In this document: in pieces, positions 41,470 through 55,104 of the stretch | How positions within the stretch are numbered: position 1 is the stretch's first letter | Layout of the letters: every line of letters starts with the position of its first letter | Assembly: GCA_030324005.1 (NCBI GenBank) | Contig: JARDVH010000140.1 | Location: 15,262,115 to 15,322,068 of the forward strand | Source of the DNA: Negaprion brevirostris | Taxonomy: Eukaryota | DNA: 59,954 nt | Reading direction: 5' to 3' | Position numbers and translations under genes: made by a program | The notes under the pieces: generated by a model | Told to the model about the DNA's origin: nothing | Databases searched by the model: none | What the model saw: only the letters and a program-made list of their open reading frames with translations

Positions 41470-41662
41470 CATGCAACCTCCTCTGTCCACTCCCATCATC
41501 CCTTAAGAACATTTCCATCTGTACTGCTGGATGAAAGCTGCCCAGAGAGAAGTTGGATGATTTCCAGTTAATCTGCAGTGACGTAAAGTTATCAAATTTC
41601 CGACCATATTGATCATATGCTGTCAACTCCAAAATGGTATTCCTGCAGAAAGAAACTGGTAC
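41470..41662 (-). CDS. NUP210L: NUP210L-like exon 5
   Basis: TAG|GTA...CATG|GTGATG; 193 nt; VPVSFCRNTILELTAYDQYGRKFDNFTSLQINWKSSN...DDGSGQRRLHG; absent from the ORF track, translated by hand. Confidence 0.92.
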
Positions 41663-42077
41663 CTATTCAAACAAAGAAACCACAAGTAAATGTTAAGGTA
41701 TCACCTAAAAAACACTTGTAGTCCTTTAGTAAAATTTTGAAATGAAGTTGATTATCTAGAATTTCTCTCAAAATTTGAAAAAAATAAACTTCTACAATTA
41801 GAAAAAAATTACGAAACTAAAGTATTAGATGAAAACATCATGACAGTTTTATAATAACATTTCTAATTTTATGCAAATCTATTTGGATAATGTTTTAACT
41901 GAATCACATGGAGTAATTGCTTAATTTTACCCATTAAATGTACAACATTTAAATGTCACTGTACATAAGGTGAGGTGGCATTGCATATTGTTAAATAATA
42001 TACTGGCTGCTAAATTAAAACTAGCAGGTTTTTGGTGTGTAAGTAATTTTCAAACATAATGCTTCAAGTTTTTTAAG

Positions 42078-42321
42078 TTTATTTATTAGTGTCACAAGTA
42101 GCCTTACAAGAACAGTGCAATGAAGTTACTGTGAAAATCACAAGTTGCCACTCTGAAGCCTGTTTGAGTCCCACAGTGTCACGGGAGAAAACCTGAGCAC
42201 CCAGAGGAAACTCATGCCGACAAAGGGAGAACGTGCAGACTCCGCAAAGACAATGACCCAAGTTGGGAATTGAAACTGGGTCGCTGGTGCTATGAGGCAA
42301 CAGCGCTAACCACTGTGCCAC
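42078..42321 (-). mobile_element. tRNA-derived V-SINE-like element, internally deleted
   Basis: Reverse A/B boxes; tail tttcacagtaacttcattgcactg...tgacactaataaataaac. Confidence 0.85.
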
Positions 42322-42676
42322 TCTAATGAATGGATATTAAAGGATATACTGCTGGTATGAAAACTATACAAGATCTTTGGAATTTCTACTCAACAGTGAA
42401 TAGCATTCTGTCCAAAATTTTGCTTAAAGGTTTCCAATTTTCCTACTATAATTTCAGGTGTAAACAATCAAAAATTACACTAAATCTAACTTTGTTGAAA
42501 TCAGTTTGTACAATAATCCACTAAAATTATTGAAATATATGGATGTATCAACCAGTGCTCCTTATAGACTGTCTTAGTGCTACAAATTCTATCCAATACA
42601 ATTACAGACTTCAATTTATATTGATTACATGGAACCTTTCAATTGTGTTGTTTATATAATCTTGTATTCCATTTTA

Positions 42677-42937
<261 letters not shown>

Positions 42938-43699
42938 CTAAGGAGGAAAAAAGGAAATGACAAAGTTGAGAAAAAAGTTTACACACAAACCGTATTCACT
43001 TTATCCAGAAAAGAATGACCAAGAAAACTTCAATTATTTTTACTGTGCTGATTTAATCATCCCAAAAATCTCAAAGTTCAAAAACTTATTTACAGTTCCC
43101 GTTCTATCGTTAAAACAAAACTTTGAACTATTGTTTTCACAAGTTGTAAGAATGAACGATGAAACACATGGGGCAGAATTTTACGCTCTCCTGGAAGCGT
43201 GTTGGCAAACAGATCTAAAATTGGTGAACTGCCATGGGGACAGTTCATAATGCCTACTTGGCTACCTTGATCTCACTGTAATTTTATGAGGAGCAGGAGA
43301 GATGTTTGGTAGTCCACCAGTGCTTGAGCCAGTTGAGATCCTTAAGTGGTCAATTCAAGGCAACTTAAGGGTCTCTTTTTCAACTGCCATGTCAAGTTTC
43401 TCTTCCTTTCTGACCTGTTGAAGGGTCGCAAAAGAAAACTTCAACCTTCTTCATGAAGCCCATTTGCTTCCTCAACTTCACTCCCTTTACTCTTGACACC
43501 CTAATTGCATTTCTTTGCACCAAGCTTGGTAATTTTGTCATTTTGTTCCTATCTTGTCATTACTTCACCCATTTCAAAACATACTATAGCGTTCTTCCTA
43601 AAATGCCCACCCTTAACAAATCTAATTTCTCTCATTACACAACCATCTACAACTTTTTTTTGCCCCCCACAATCCTTATACATGTAGTTGGGTAGCAAT

Positions 43700-44200
43700 A
43701 ACATGTTTGCCTCTTCCATCAATAGCTGTTCAATTCACTTCAATAACATTGGCAGCAGTGTTGTACGGTGACAAAATCAAGGTCACCCTCAAATGCTGTG
43801 CAATTCTGACTGTGATTCAGAATTGATTGCCCCCTCCCCCCCATCCCCCGATATTTTTGCTGCCTTTGACTCCATTGATCATTCTAATGTTATCCGCTCC
43901 TTATTTATTGTCGCTCATCATCACGTTCATGGTTTGACCTGTCCAAACAAAACTACTAAACATCATCAAAAGGTTTCATGTCTTCTACAGTGTCCTAGTT
44001 CTCCATATTTGGTCTTATTCAACATTTCCATGCTCATGCTCAACAACATAGTACCATGTCACCATCCATAAAGAATGCTGATGACATTCAAATCAATTCT
44101 ACCTTGCCCACTGTCTTCAGGACAATTACATATTTGGACTGCCTGTTCAACACTAAATGCAGCAGGACTCAAAATTTTCCTCAGCTCTATGCCTTTTTGT
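43700..44200 (+). mobile_element. Old L2-like LINE RT fragment
   Basis: DIFAAFDSIDHS and NADDIQI motifs. Confidence 0.55.
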
Positions 44201-44324
44201 TAAATTTCTTCTGTCTGATTTTTACCTCATCACCTTTCTAAAGCTCATGTTCTTTCATGTGAATAGCACCAAATGAATGTATATATTAAAAATAAAATAC
44301 TACAGAAGCTGGAAATCAGAAATA

Positions 44325-44429
44325 GAAACAGAAAATGCTGGAAAAACGCAGCAGGTCTGACTGCATCTGTGCTTTTCTCTTCATAAATACTGCCAGATCT
44401 GCTGGGTTTTTCCAGCACATTCTGTTCTT
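44325..44429. repeat. Fold-back dispersed repeat (acagaaaatgctggaaaa family)
   Basis: ACAGAAAATGCTGGAAAAAC...GTTTTTCCAGCACATTCTGT; single arms recur at about 26945-27000 and 23930-24015. Confidence 0.6.
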
Positions 44430-44639
44430 ACTGTACTAAATTAACCAAAGTTGGGTTTGGTATTGGGGAATGACAGACAATCTGAAACCGCTTCATAGAA
44501 GCCTGTCCAAAATAACTTAATAACCATCTCTAAACATACCAATGAAGATTAAAAATCCTTCCAAAAGCCATGGAAGAATGAAGCTAACAATCTCAACTCA
44601 TTAAGATGCCGAAATGACCCCACTGTTTATAAATAGCGA

Positions 44640-45325
44640 AGGGCATGCCCCTGTCTACATCTATGGGGACGAAGTAGAAATGATCGAGAGCTTCAAGTTT
44701 TTGGGTTTCCAGATCACCAACAACCTGTCCTAGTCCCTCCATACAGACGCTATAGTTAAGAAAGCCCACCAACACCTCTACTTTCTCAGAAGGCTAAGAA
44801 AATTTGGTATGTCTGCTACAACTCTCATCAACTTCTCCAGATGCACCATAGGACGCATTCGTTTTGGGTGTACCGCAGCTTGGTATGACTCTTGTTCTGT
44901 CCAAAACCGCAAGAAACTACAAAGGGTCATGAATGAAGCCCAGTCCATCACTCAAACTAGCCTCCCATCCATTGATACTGTCTACACTTCCTGATGCCTT
45001 GGAAAAGCAGCCAACATAATCAAGGATCCCTCACACCATGGACATTCTCTCTTCCACCTTCTTCCATCGGGAAGAAGATACAAAAATCTGAGATCATGTA
45101 TCAACTGACTCAAGTACAGCTTCTTCCCTGCTGCCATCAGACATTTGACTGGACCTTCCTCACATGAAGCTGATCTTTCTTTACACCCTAGGTACGACTG
45201 TAACATTACATTCTGCACTCTTTCCTTTCCTTCTCTATGAATGGTACTCTTTGTCTGTATACTGTGCAAGAAACAATACTTTTCACTGTATCCTAATACA
45301 TGTGACAATAATAAATCAAATCAAG
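44640..45325 (+). mobile_element. Rex1/Babar-like LINE 3' fragment
   Basis: IESFKFLGFQITNNLS, IVKKAHQHLYFLRRLRKFGMS...TAAWY; 3' end aataataaatcaaatcaa. Confidence 0.8.
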
Positions 45326-45409
45326 ATAGTAAAATGCCCATAAACCATAATGGTCCTCACTGCAAGCACATGATGGCAATTAACAAAATAATGCACCTAA
45401 TCTGTCCAT

Positions 45410-45591
45410 GGTTGCGTGCGTTAGGTGCATTGGCCATGCTAAATTGCCCCTTAGTGAATGGGATGCGTAGGTTAGAGGATTAGCAGGGTAAAAATGTGGG
45501 GTTATGGGGATAGGACCTAAGTGAGACTTGGTTAGTGCAGACTTGATGGGTTGAATGGCCTCCTTCAGCACCGTAGGGATTCTATGATTCT
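45410..45591 (+). mobile_element. 3' half of an HE1-like SINE
   Basis: Matches 2225-2393 (ttaggtgcattggccatgctaaattg...gggattctatgattct). Confidence 0.75.
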
Positions 45592-48204
45592 AATTCACAA
45601 TTATTCACCTAAAGTGATTAATAAGTGCATATTCATAGAATGTGATTTGTATATTAAATGCTGAGAAAACGCAGCAGGACTGACTGCCTCTGTGCTTCTC
45701 TCCTCATAATTACTGCCAGATCTGTTGGGTTTTTCCAGCACAATTAACTTAGGTTGGGTTTGGTATTGGGGAATGGCAGGCAATCTGGAACTGCTTCATT
45801 GAAGCCAGTGCAAAACAACGTCACAACCATCTCTAAACATATCAATGAAGGTTAAAAATCCTTGCAAAAGCCATGGAAGGATGAGTCTAATAATCTTAAC
45901 TCATTAAACAGGCCAACTGACTCTGCTGTTTATAAATAGACAGGGCATGCCCCCATCTATAAATGGGGATAAAGTAGAAATGATCAAGAGCTTCAGGCTT
46001 TTGGGTGTCCAGATCACCAACAAGCTGTCCTAGTCCCTCTATGTGTATGCTATAGTTAACAAAGCCCACAAAGCCTCTACTTTCTCAGATGGCTAAGGAA
46101 ATTTGGCATGTTGGCTACAACTCTCACCAACTTCTACAGATGCATCATAGAAAGCATTCTTTTTGGTTATATCACAGCTTGGTAAGGCTCCTGCTTTGTC
46201 CAAGACCACATATCAAGTTTGGAAAATAGTATGATCAACAGTTTTCTTTGCAAAATTATGAAGTTTAGTTTTTAACTGACTATTCAAGTTTTTGTGTTGC
46301 TATTGTTACAATCCCAGCACATACCAGTAACTTTAACTAAATGAACTATGCCACAAGATTTCAAAGTAAGTACTACTGAATTAATACTGTGGATGTGATT
46401 TTATCGGATTGCCCCACCCATCGATGGGCAGAGCGAGCTGATAAAATCGCTGAGAGATCAGGCTCGCCTCCAATTACTCGTCTCTCATCTTGCCAGCACC
46501 GGATATCCAGCGCGATCAGCCTCTCACCCATTTCACGAGAGGCTGAATAATTTATTTAAATATATTTAAGTTCTAATTTCCATGTGATTAGCGAACCCAG
46601 ACACAACCGTCTGGATTCACCCGCTTTCGTGGCCTCACCAGAAGATGTTCTCTCCAGCAAGGAAAACACCTGGTCCCCACGAATTGTATTGATCTCACTG
46701 GTAGAACTGGAGACCACTGAGGGGAGGTCAAGGACAAGTGGGGGGAGGTGAGCTGGCCCTTGGGCATTGCCTACTTGGCACTGCTGCTCTTGTCAATGGC
46801 CACCAGGCAGTGCCGGGGGCAGGAAATTAAGGGGGCATGGCCTGGACAGCCCAATCAGGTAGGGAGGGGGCCTGGTGCCACTGTGGAGATCGATGGAGGT
46901 AAGGGACACAATTGATCTAGGTAAGGGGCACAGTATTTCCAGGCGATGTGGGGCTCACGATCAGTCACGACCCCTGTCATCGCTGGGGGATGGGTTAGTT
47001 GAGGCCTGATATGTCTCTGAGCTGTCAGGACTTTGCTGTTGTGCATGTGCAGCCACAGAGGTCTGCACATGCGCAATTGCTCCCACTGCTGATACTGTAA
47101 CAGAGTTGGAACCATCCAAACTTTTAAATTTAAATCACATCTTCACATTCTGGGCAGCCTGGAAAACCCCTGGAGACGGAGTGAGTAAGGCTAATGATGG
47201 TCTCCCTGCACATCATTAGGATGTTCCTCAGATACACTGCCCTGGAGCTTGGAAATATGGGCCAGAACTCAGCAGCCATCCACACCAGCCAGATTCTCCA
47301 ANNNNNNNNNNNNNNNNNNNNNNNNNNNNNNNNNNNNNNNNNNNNNNNNNNNNNNNNNNNNNNNNNNNNNNNNNNNNNNNNNNNNNNNNNNNNNNNNNNN
47401 NGAGAATCTTGTCCATGGCCTTTACACTTTAAAACCTGCAAAATTGCAGCAGATAGTAAACAATTATACTTTAAATATCCTTCTACCTTCGCTTCCATCT
47501 GAAAGCTCCACTATCCTTTACAGGATATCCAGGATTCATTCACTTCTCTGGGACCAAACTAAAGTATGCCACAGCCCTCAGGAATTCATTTCAATTTTCC
47601 TTAATGTTTCAGGTGTGCTTCAAGGCTTGCAATTTCACTCAAATGAAGGGATCCTTCATTTCAGATAGGCAACCCTCCAATACTCCTTCAACTCCTTATG
47701 ATTGTGGACTCCTCAGCTAAAACATGGGCTCCACTCAAAATTCCTGCTCAGTTACTTCAAATCAAAAACGCTCTTGGGTTCTGCTACTGGTTCCACTTAG
47801 TTTAAAACCCACCTTGCCAGCAGTCTTCAACTATCTGAAGTCAGCGGCTTCTAAGCACAAACTAATACTTTTGGAAAGAATCATAAAATCAACGCAAAAC
47901 AAAAGCATCCCTGCATAACCAACCTAATTCCATGACAATGTGGCACATCTAGTATGTTTGAAACAGAAATTTAAACCAAATATTTTCAATTTTCAAACCT
48001 CCCCTTTATTATAGGCAACCATATGAATAATCTAAATTCTTTAAGATAGCTGTTCACATCCCACATCCATTAGAAAATTCAGAGGATGTCTACTGTTTAG
48101 TGTCCAACAGTTCCATTATGATCTTTGTAAATAAACATGGACCACACTTAATTTGTAAGTAGTCTCAGTTTATGTGTTATCCTCTCAAACCAGATTTAAG
48201 TTTT

Positions 48205-48468
48205 AAAGTTTATTTATTAGGCCCAAAAGTAGGCTTACATTAACACTGCAATGAAGTTACTGTGAAAATCCCCTAGTCACCACACTCTGGCGCCTGTTCA
48301 GGTATAGTGAGGGAGAATTTAACACAGCCAATGCACCTAACCAGCTTGTCTTTGGACTATGGGAGGAAACCAGAACACCCAGAGGAAACCCATGTAGACA
48401 CGGGGAGAACATGCAGACTCCACACAGATAGTGACCCAAGCCGGGAATCAGACCCAGGTCCCAGGTGT
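48205..48468 (-). mobile_element. tRNA-derived V-SINE-like element, 5' truncated
   Basis: Same central domain and tail as 42078-42321. Confidence 0.85.
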
Positions 48469-48625
48469 TCTTTCATTTATTCTGTATTTAAAATTACAAC
48501 TTCCAAACTTAGAAGTTATATTCTTAAACCATATAAATCATCAACTCAGATATATGTAATACTGTGACTCCTTTAATAATACCAAAAATCTGAACTTTAC
48601 CTAATTCCTGCAAAAAGTCTCTTAC

Positions 48626-48954
<329 letters not shown>

Positions 48955-51900
48955 TCAGAGCAACCATAAACAACACTCAGTGTATCGCTTTGGATGAAAA
49001 CTAAATTATTAGCAAAAATAGGCTAATTTTCATTCGTAGAATCTTTGTATCATGAAAGTAATTTTTTGAAATCATGTAATAGAACTAGCATAAAGTAGCA
49101 CTTGTCACACACTGTAGAAGTCAACTTTGAAAACAATACTATTCACAAATAAACAACATTGCTGGGGTAACCAATGATGGAGGATATGCAAGATGACAGA
49201 ACACAAAGTTTGACTAATTAAACATTAATCTCTGTTGCAACAAGCAGCAGGTTGAGAATATTTCAGCATTTAATAAAAACCTTATAATTTTCCCAATCTC
49301 CAACTCCACTTCATTCATTCTCTACTGAAGCAATTAATTTCTTGATGGACATGGCCGCATATGCATCAGTCACCCTTTGGTTTCTTGGCTATTTGGCTTT
49401 TCTTTATAACCTTTGCGTGAATCAGCAGACTATTGGACCAACAGGCACATTGAGAGTGCAAACCCTAGATGATTTCCCTAACAATAGCGCCTCTTGGTTG
49501 AGAACATTTAACAGCACAGTCCAGGTATGAAATCTGTGATCCTCTTGGTCATTAATCACTGTCATTTAACTCAACTACTGGGGCACCTTTATGTCATTTT
49601 TTCAAGGCTAAGTTAAATAACATATTAACGTATTTTGACACAGTGTTTAATCATAAGGCTATACAGCTTCTTTCCCTTATTATAGATGGGAGGATAGTAA
49701 ATAACTCTTCCTCCTGCGTGACAATGGAATCTTCAACATGGATATTATTAATAAACAAATCTACTTAAAAACATGTTTACTTTTTTAAGAATCTGTATCA
49801 ATATTTAGTTTAAAGAAGTCTTAGAATGTGGTACAAAATTATGGATAAAACATAACTGGTTTATAAATAAACTGGAAAAAATATTATTCATTCAGACATA
49901 TGACACTAATGACAATGATTACACTAATTAATATTCCACAATACTAGCGAATATGAATTTGAGAAGGTTAAAAAAACAAGCAAATGTACACAGCCAAGTA
50001 CTCTACAAAATAATCTTCAAAGGAACAGAACAGAAAATACTGAATGGGGAGTGCACTTTTAAGATGAGAATTATATATACGCTTTTCTTCATTCATTTCA
50101 TTCTCCTGCTATGATCATTAAAGTGCACATTTGAATTTATTAGCCTTCAGATGTCTTGATCTGCATTTCAATGCTATTTCTTGTTTCAACCAGTATGATT
50201 TACTGACTTGCAAGAGCTAAAAGTGCCACTGTCTTCCAAATTATTTCTTAAGATCTATGGTATAGCAACAGGACTTAAACAGAAGCAAAAGGTGCCTGAA
50301 AATAGTTTATTAGTAGTTGCAAAGAATGGTACAATTTTACATAGTTTGGAAAAAAACAGTAAATGTAAGAATTGGACTTCAATCATCATTGATTTGTTTT
50401 CTTAGGCTGAAAGGGAACATACTAAGATAATTTAAACAATTCCTTGCACTTCATGTTGCATGAGATATCAGCAGAAATAAATTATAGGCAGTGGGCTCAT
50501 GATTTTATGTTTTATGCCTATCACATGCAAGCTACCTCAACGCTTTCCATGATTTTGAAAAAAGAGATCATATTTTTTCCACTCCCTGTCCATTATGTTT
50601 ATATGTACATCCAGGAGCATGGTTTCAATGTGTCCCTCGTATAGCGATGTGACCACTCTGTAAAGACTGCTGCAACCAGTAAATTAACAGTACTTCTGAT
50701 AGTGTCCATCAGGCTGCAAAGAAAAAGCACTGCAGCCAAGAAAACAAAGTGCCTTTAGTTTTTTTTGATTTTAATATTCTTTACAGTTGACCTAAATCTT
50801 GGTCACTGTAAACCTGTACTAGCTTATTTGTGAGTGCCTCACAACATAGTCCAAATAAACACCATAAAAATTATCAGGTCCTTCAAGGCTAACCAGCTGA
50901 TAAACAGCATGAAACATGGCAAGTCAAATGACTATTTATCATGGATCCAATATGTTTGTGTGTTCTTGATACAAGCTGAGGATCCAGCACAAAATATATT
51001 TCACATGGGGCCAGAAATGCTATATTCAAAGTTCTTGAAGCCTTTATACTTTTAACACTGTGCCAAGCAGTGACAAACCTATAAATTTCTGGGGCACAAA
51101 GCTGAGTCTGAGAAGCAGCACTTGGTTAACCATGCTTTTCTCAGCTTATAAGAGTGAGACAAAAAAAATGCATAGCTTAGAAGACGAACCTCAATGTGAG
51201 CACTTTTAATTAAGTGAGCCTGACAAGGAATTGTTCTTGAGCCATAACTGGAGAGTTCCTCTATTGTTGTAATTAACAATTGCTAGTAGTAAAACTGCAC
51301 ACTCAAGAAATCAGACATTTTAAAGTTTAAACAAAGTTTACATTTGTGGGTCATTGTGTGTAAAGAAAAAAACAGCCCAATTATTTTTGGTTAACAATAA
51401 TTTCTGACCCTAGAAATCATCTAACTTGATTGTCTTGGCTTTCACCAATGAGTTCTTTGCTCAGGTTCCTGACACTGCTGGTCGAATCCAGTTTAAGAAC
51501 AACTGAAACTTTTTATATTTATTCACAAAATCTACCAAGATTATGCAAATGATAAAGCTATGTTCAAGGAGAAGGACAGTGATAAGGAGAATAACGTTCA
51601 GCATTAAATGCAAATGTAACAGACAAATTATTTTGGAATCGGTGATCACTAAGTGGCATCGGGCAAAAAACAAAATTAAATTGGACATATTCACATAATA
51701 ATACAAAAAGGGAAAGATCATATGGTTTTGTCTGAAAGAGTTTTGATGAAAAATTCCTATTTCTGGTTGGATAAACAATTGTTCCAAAGGATGTAGAGAA
51801 TGACAAAAGAAACTTTGTATATTACTACCAGCTAATTATTTTTGTCTTAAATAGAATCACGGGTAACCAGTATACCCAATTAAATTTTGCTTTGGTAGAA

Positions 51901-51981
51901 CTCTATCAATGTTGACTGTAATATTATGGTGTGATGGCAAATGTTATCCATCATGGCTAAAATTATGTCAAAAATGCTTAC

Positions 51982-52127
51982 TCTCAGCCGATGATAAGAA
52001 GCAATTGTGATACTGCTGCTAAAATGGACCTCCAGAAATCCAGCACTAGCTGTTAGTACTGTATGGCCAGGTGATTCTGCTTGAACGCATATCCCAGTAC
52101 AGTGCGTAGCATCAGGTTCTAATCTCC
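51982..52127 (-). CDS. NUP210L: NUP210L-like exon 2
   Basis: TAG|GG...AGA|GTAAGC; 146 nt, phase 1 to 0; RLEPDATHCTGICVQAESPGHTVLTASAGFLEVHFSSSITIASYHRLR. Confidence 0.9.
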
Positions 52128-53029
52128 CTAGTAGGAAATAGTTGACAATTAATGATAAGATTTGACTTAATAAAGGTATGACCAAACAACCCAGAATGCA
52201 ATTGAGAATAATGTGCAAAATTAATTAATTTTAAATGCTTTTGATATTAACATAGAAACATAGAAGATAGGAGCAAGAGGAGGTCATTTGCCCTGCTTAA
52301 CCAATCATGGCCGATCATCTCACTCAATAGCCTAATCCTGCTTTTTCCCCATAAATATTATGCAATAGTTATTTTCTTTAAGCACAACAGGAAACTATTT
52401 TGGTATCAATACCTGCTCATTGCGGNNNNNNACAAAGTGCCTTTGGTATTTTTTTGATTTTAATATTCTTTATAGTTGACCTAAATCTTGGTCACTGTAA
52501 ACCTGCACTAGTCCACTTATGAGTGCCTCAAGCACAGTCCAAATAAACACCATAAAAATTATCAGGTCCTTCAAGGCTATCCAGCTAACAAAAAGCAGCA
52601 TAGATAGTAAAGCATTTGAAATTGGAGGCAATCATTTCACCAAATAATTGACAGGATGTGATTCATGGTATACCTCAACATACTGGGAGCTCAGATTCTC
52701 ATTAGAAATACTCAAGTACGTATCCATGTTTATCAACAATATTACATCAAGTAGCAGTGCGTGGTGGAAATGGGAACAGAAAGTTGAAAACAATATACTG
52801 AGTGGGCAAAACAATGGGATTTTTCGTTCAATGTGGCAAAATGAGCAGTGATTGACTGGACCAAACATAGGTCAAGGTATTTTCTAAATAGTGAGAGGCC
52901 AGGAACCATGGAGTGTGAGATGATTGTGATGCTGACTGCATGTAACAGACAGGTGCAGGTTGCTCCACTAATTTTGTCATTATGACATGATTTTTTTTGT
53001 GGAAAAATTCTGCCCAAGATATCTGCAAA

Positions 53030-53720
53030 GGGTTATAGATAGGTTAAATAAGTAGGCAGGAAATTGGTGGATACAGCATGATGAGAGAAATGTGAACTTG
53101 CCTATTCTGGCGTGAAGAATAAAAAAAGCAGCATATTATTTAAAGGCAGGGCCTATCAGAGATATACATGGTAACATGCAGGCAAGGTTCTCAATAACTA
53201 CTTTGTCTATCTCCTCTAAGGAGAGAGATAATCTGGATAACCTAGTTAAAATTCGTGAAATGCTAGATACAATAAACTTGGCGAGAGAGCAAATAATAGA
53301 GGGACTGGAATCCTTGAAGTTGGATAAATCACTAGCGCCAGATGGACTCTATCCTAGGCTGCTGAAGGAAGCCGAGTAGGAAATAGCAGATGCACTGAAG
53401 GTCATTTTTCAATCCTCACTAGAAACAGGTGAGGCATCAGAGGATTGGAGATCTGTGAACATTACATCATTATTTAAAAAGGGTGTGAGTGATTGACCAG
53501 AAAACTATAGGCCAGTCAGTCAAACTTCAGTGGTGGGCTAATTACTGGAAACAATCTTAAGAGACAATATGGAGAGTCAGCATGGTTTTGTCAGAGGAAG
53601 ATTGTGTCTTACTAACTTAAATTTTTGTGGAACCAACAAGGAGGACTGATGGAGGTAGTGCAGTGAATTATATTTACATGGATTACAGGCATCTGACAAG
53701 GTTCTTCATGGCAGACTGAT
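53030..53720 (+). mobile_element. Decayed CR1 LINE RT fragments
   Basis: KSLAPDGLYPRLLKE, ENYRPVS, SQHGFVRGRLCLTNL motifs. Confidence 0.8.
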
Positions 53721-54127
53721 TCATGCATGCTGTTATATGTGTTTTAGAACAAAATTAGCAATTTTATCAGGAATTCAAATAACACTCTACCTTTAAGCAG
53801 TTTGCTTTATGCAGGTTGGTTCAGCTTTTTCTGACTTGCCCACTGATTATGAATAAAGCAGGTCCTTACCTGGCGCCATTAAATTCAATCTGGGACTAAA
53901 CATAAAGTATTGTATGCTAATAAGACCCACACAAGATTGCAACTTCAAATCATACAGGGCAAAATGTCAGGATTTTTAATCCTGGATCTACCAACGTGGA
54001 GGGTCCACGCAATTAGCAGAGCTTTGGATAATTGTTTTAGAACTTAACTGTTTAAATAATGTTAATAAATGCAAAGTATCCCATTCAGTTACTAAATAGT
54101 AAACAAAACAATGCTTTTCTATTGTAC

Positions 54128-54326
54128 CTTGAATGACTTTGAATACCCCTTGCTTGTCCATCTCCACTGCCAAATTCATTAATGAGCAGTCATTCACCGG
54201 CACCGTTTCCATGGCATCTGTATCCAAGAGTCCATAAACCATGATAGGTAGGTCAAGGGTCTGACCAACCTCTATTTCTACTCGAGACTGAACAAACTGT
54301 ATACTGACTGGCCTCAAAACATTGAC
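54128..54326 (-). CDS. NUP210L: gp210-family nucleoporin (NUP210L-like), window exon 1 of 19
   Basis: AG|GTCAAT...CAAG|GTACAA; 199 nt; VNVLRPVSIQFVQSRVEIEVGQTLDLPIMVYG...DCSLMNLAVEMDKQGVFKVIQG matches the gp210 lumenal Ig-like region; MDKQGVF is NUP210L-type (recalled human sequence). Confidence 0.9.
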
Positions 54327-54717
54327 CTAAGGATCATTCAAAACATTGATTTAAATCAACAGTGTATGTAACTCATTCATGGCACATATGGGAAATCATT
54401 CCTCAGTCTAAACACAGGTACACTATTAATTAAATTAGAAGGGAAATTAGGCATGTAAAATATTCTAAAACCTGTTGTGCCCAGACAATCCTGTGCAATC
54501 ATTTACAAAACAGAACAAGAATATTGTTTCACTTACCTCTTATCAAAAAATTTTTAGTTTTATTTCAAGATGGAGAATTCTTACAATTGCTATATCTTGG
54601 AAAAAATTGAATTTTTATTCCATTGATAAACCTTTACTAGCTGGAGGGAACATAAATTGTAAGGAGTTACTGAATGACCAATGACTGTGTGACAACATAT
54701 AATTCATTTGATAGCTA

Positions 54718-55104
54718 TTAGTGTCACAAGTAGGCTTACATTAACACTACAATTAAGTTAGTGTGAAAGTCCCCTAGTCGTCACACTCTGGCACCTGCTC
54801 GGGTACANNNNNNNNNNNNNNNNNNNNNNNNNNNNNNNNNNNNNNNNNNNNNNNNNNNNNNNNNNNNNNNNNNNNNNNNNNNNNNNNNNNNNNNNNNNNN
54901 NNNNNNNCGGGTACACTGAGGGAGAATTTAGCATGGCCAATGTACCTAAGCACATCTTTCAGATTGTGGAAAGAAATTGGAGCACCCGAAAGAATCTCAC
55001 ACACACATGGGGAGAAAATGCAGACTTTACACAGACAGCGACCCAAACCAGGAATCAAACCCGGGCCCCTGGTGCTGTGAGGCAGCAGTGCTAACCACTG
55101 TGCC
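54718..55104 (-). mobile_element. tRNA-derived V-SINE-like element (contains a gap)
   Basis: Same head, centre and tail family as 9547 and 48205. Confidence 0.85.

Noticed and set aside
50578-50713. Possible extra minus-strand exon after TTTTTCTTTGCAG
   Set aside because: No gp210 similarity, stops in the frames I read, and exons 2 and 3 already join in phase with no missing residues.
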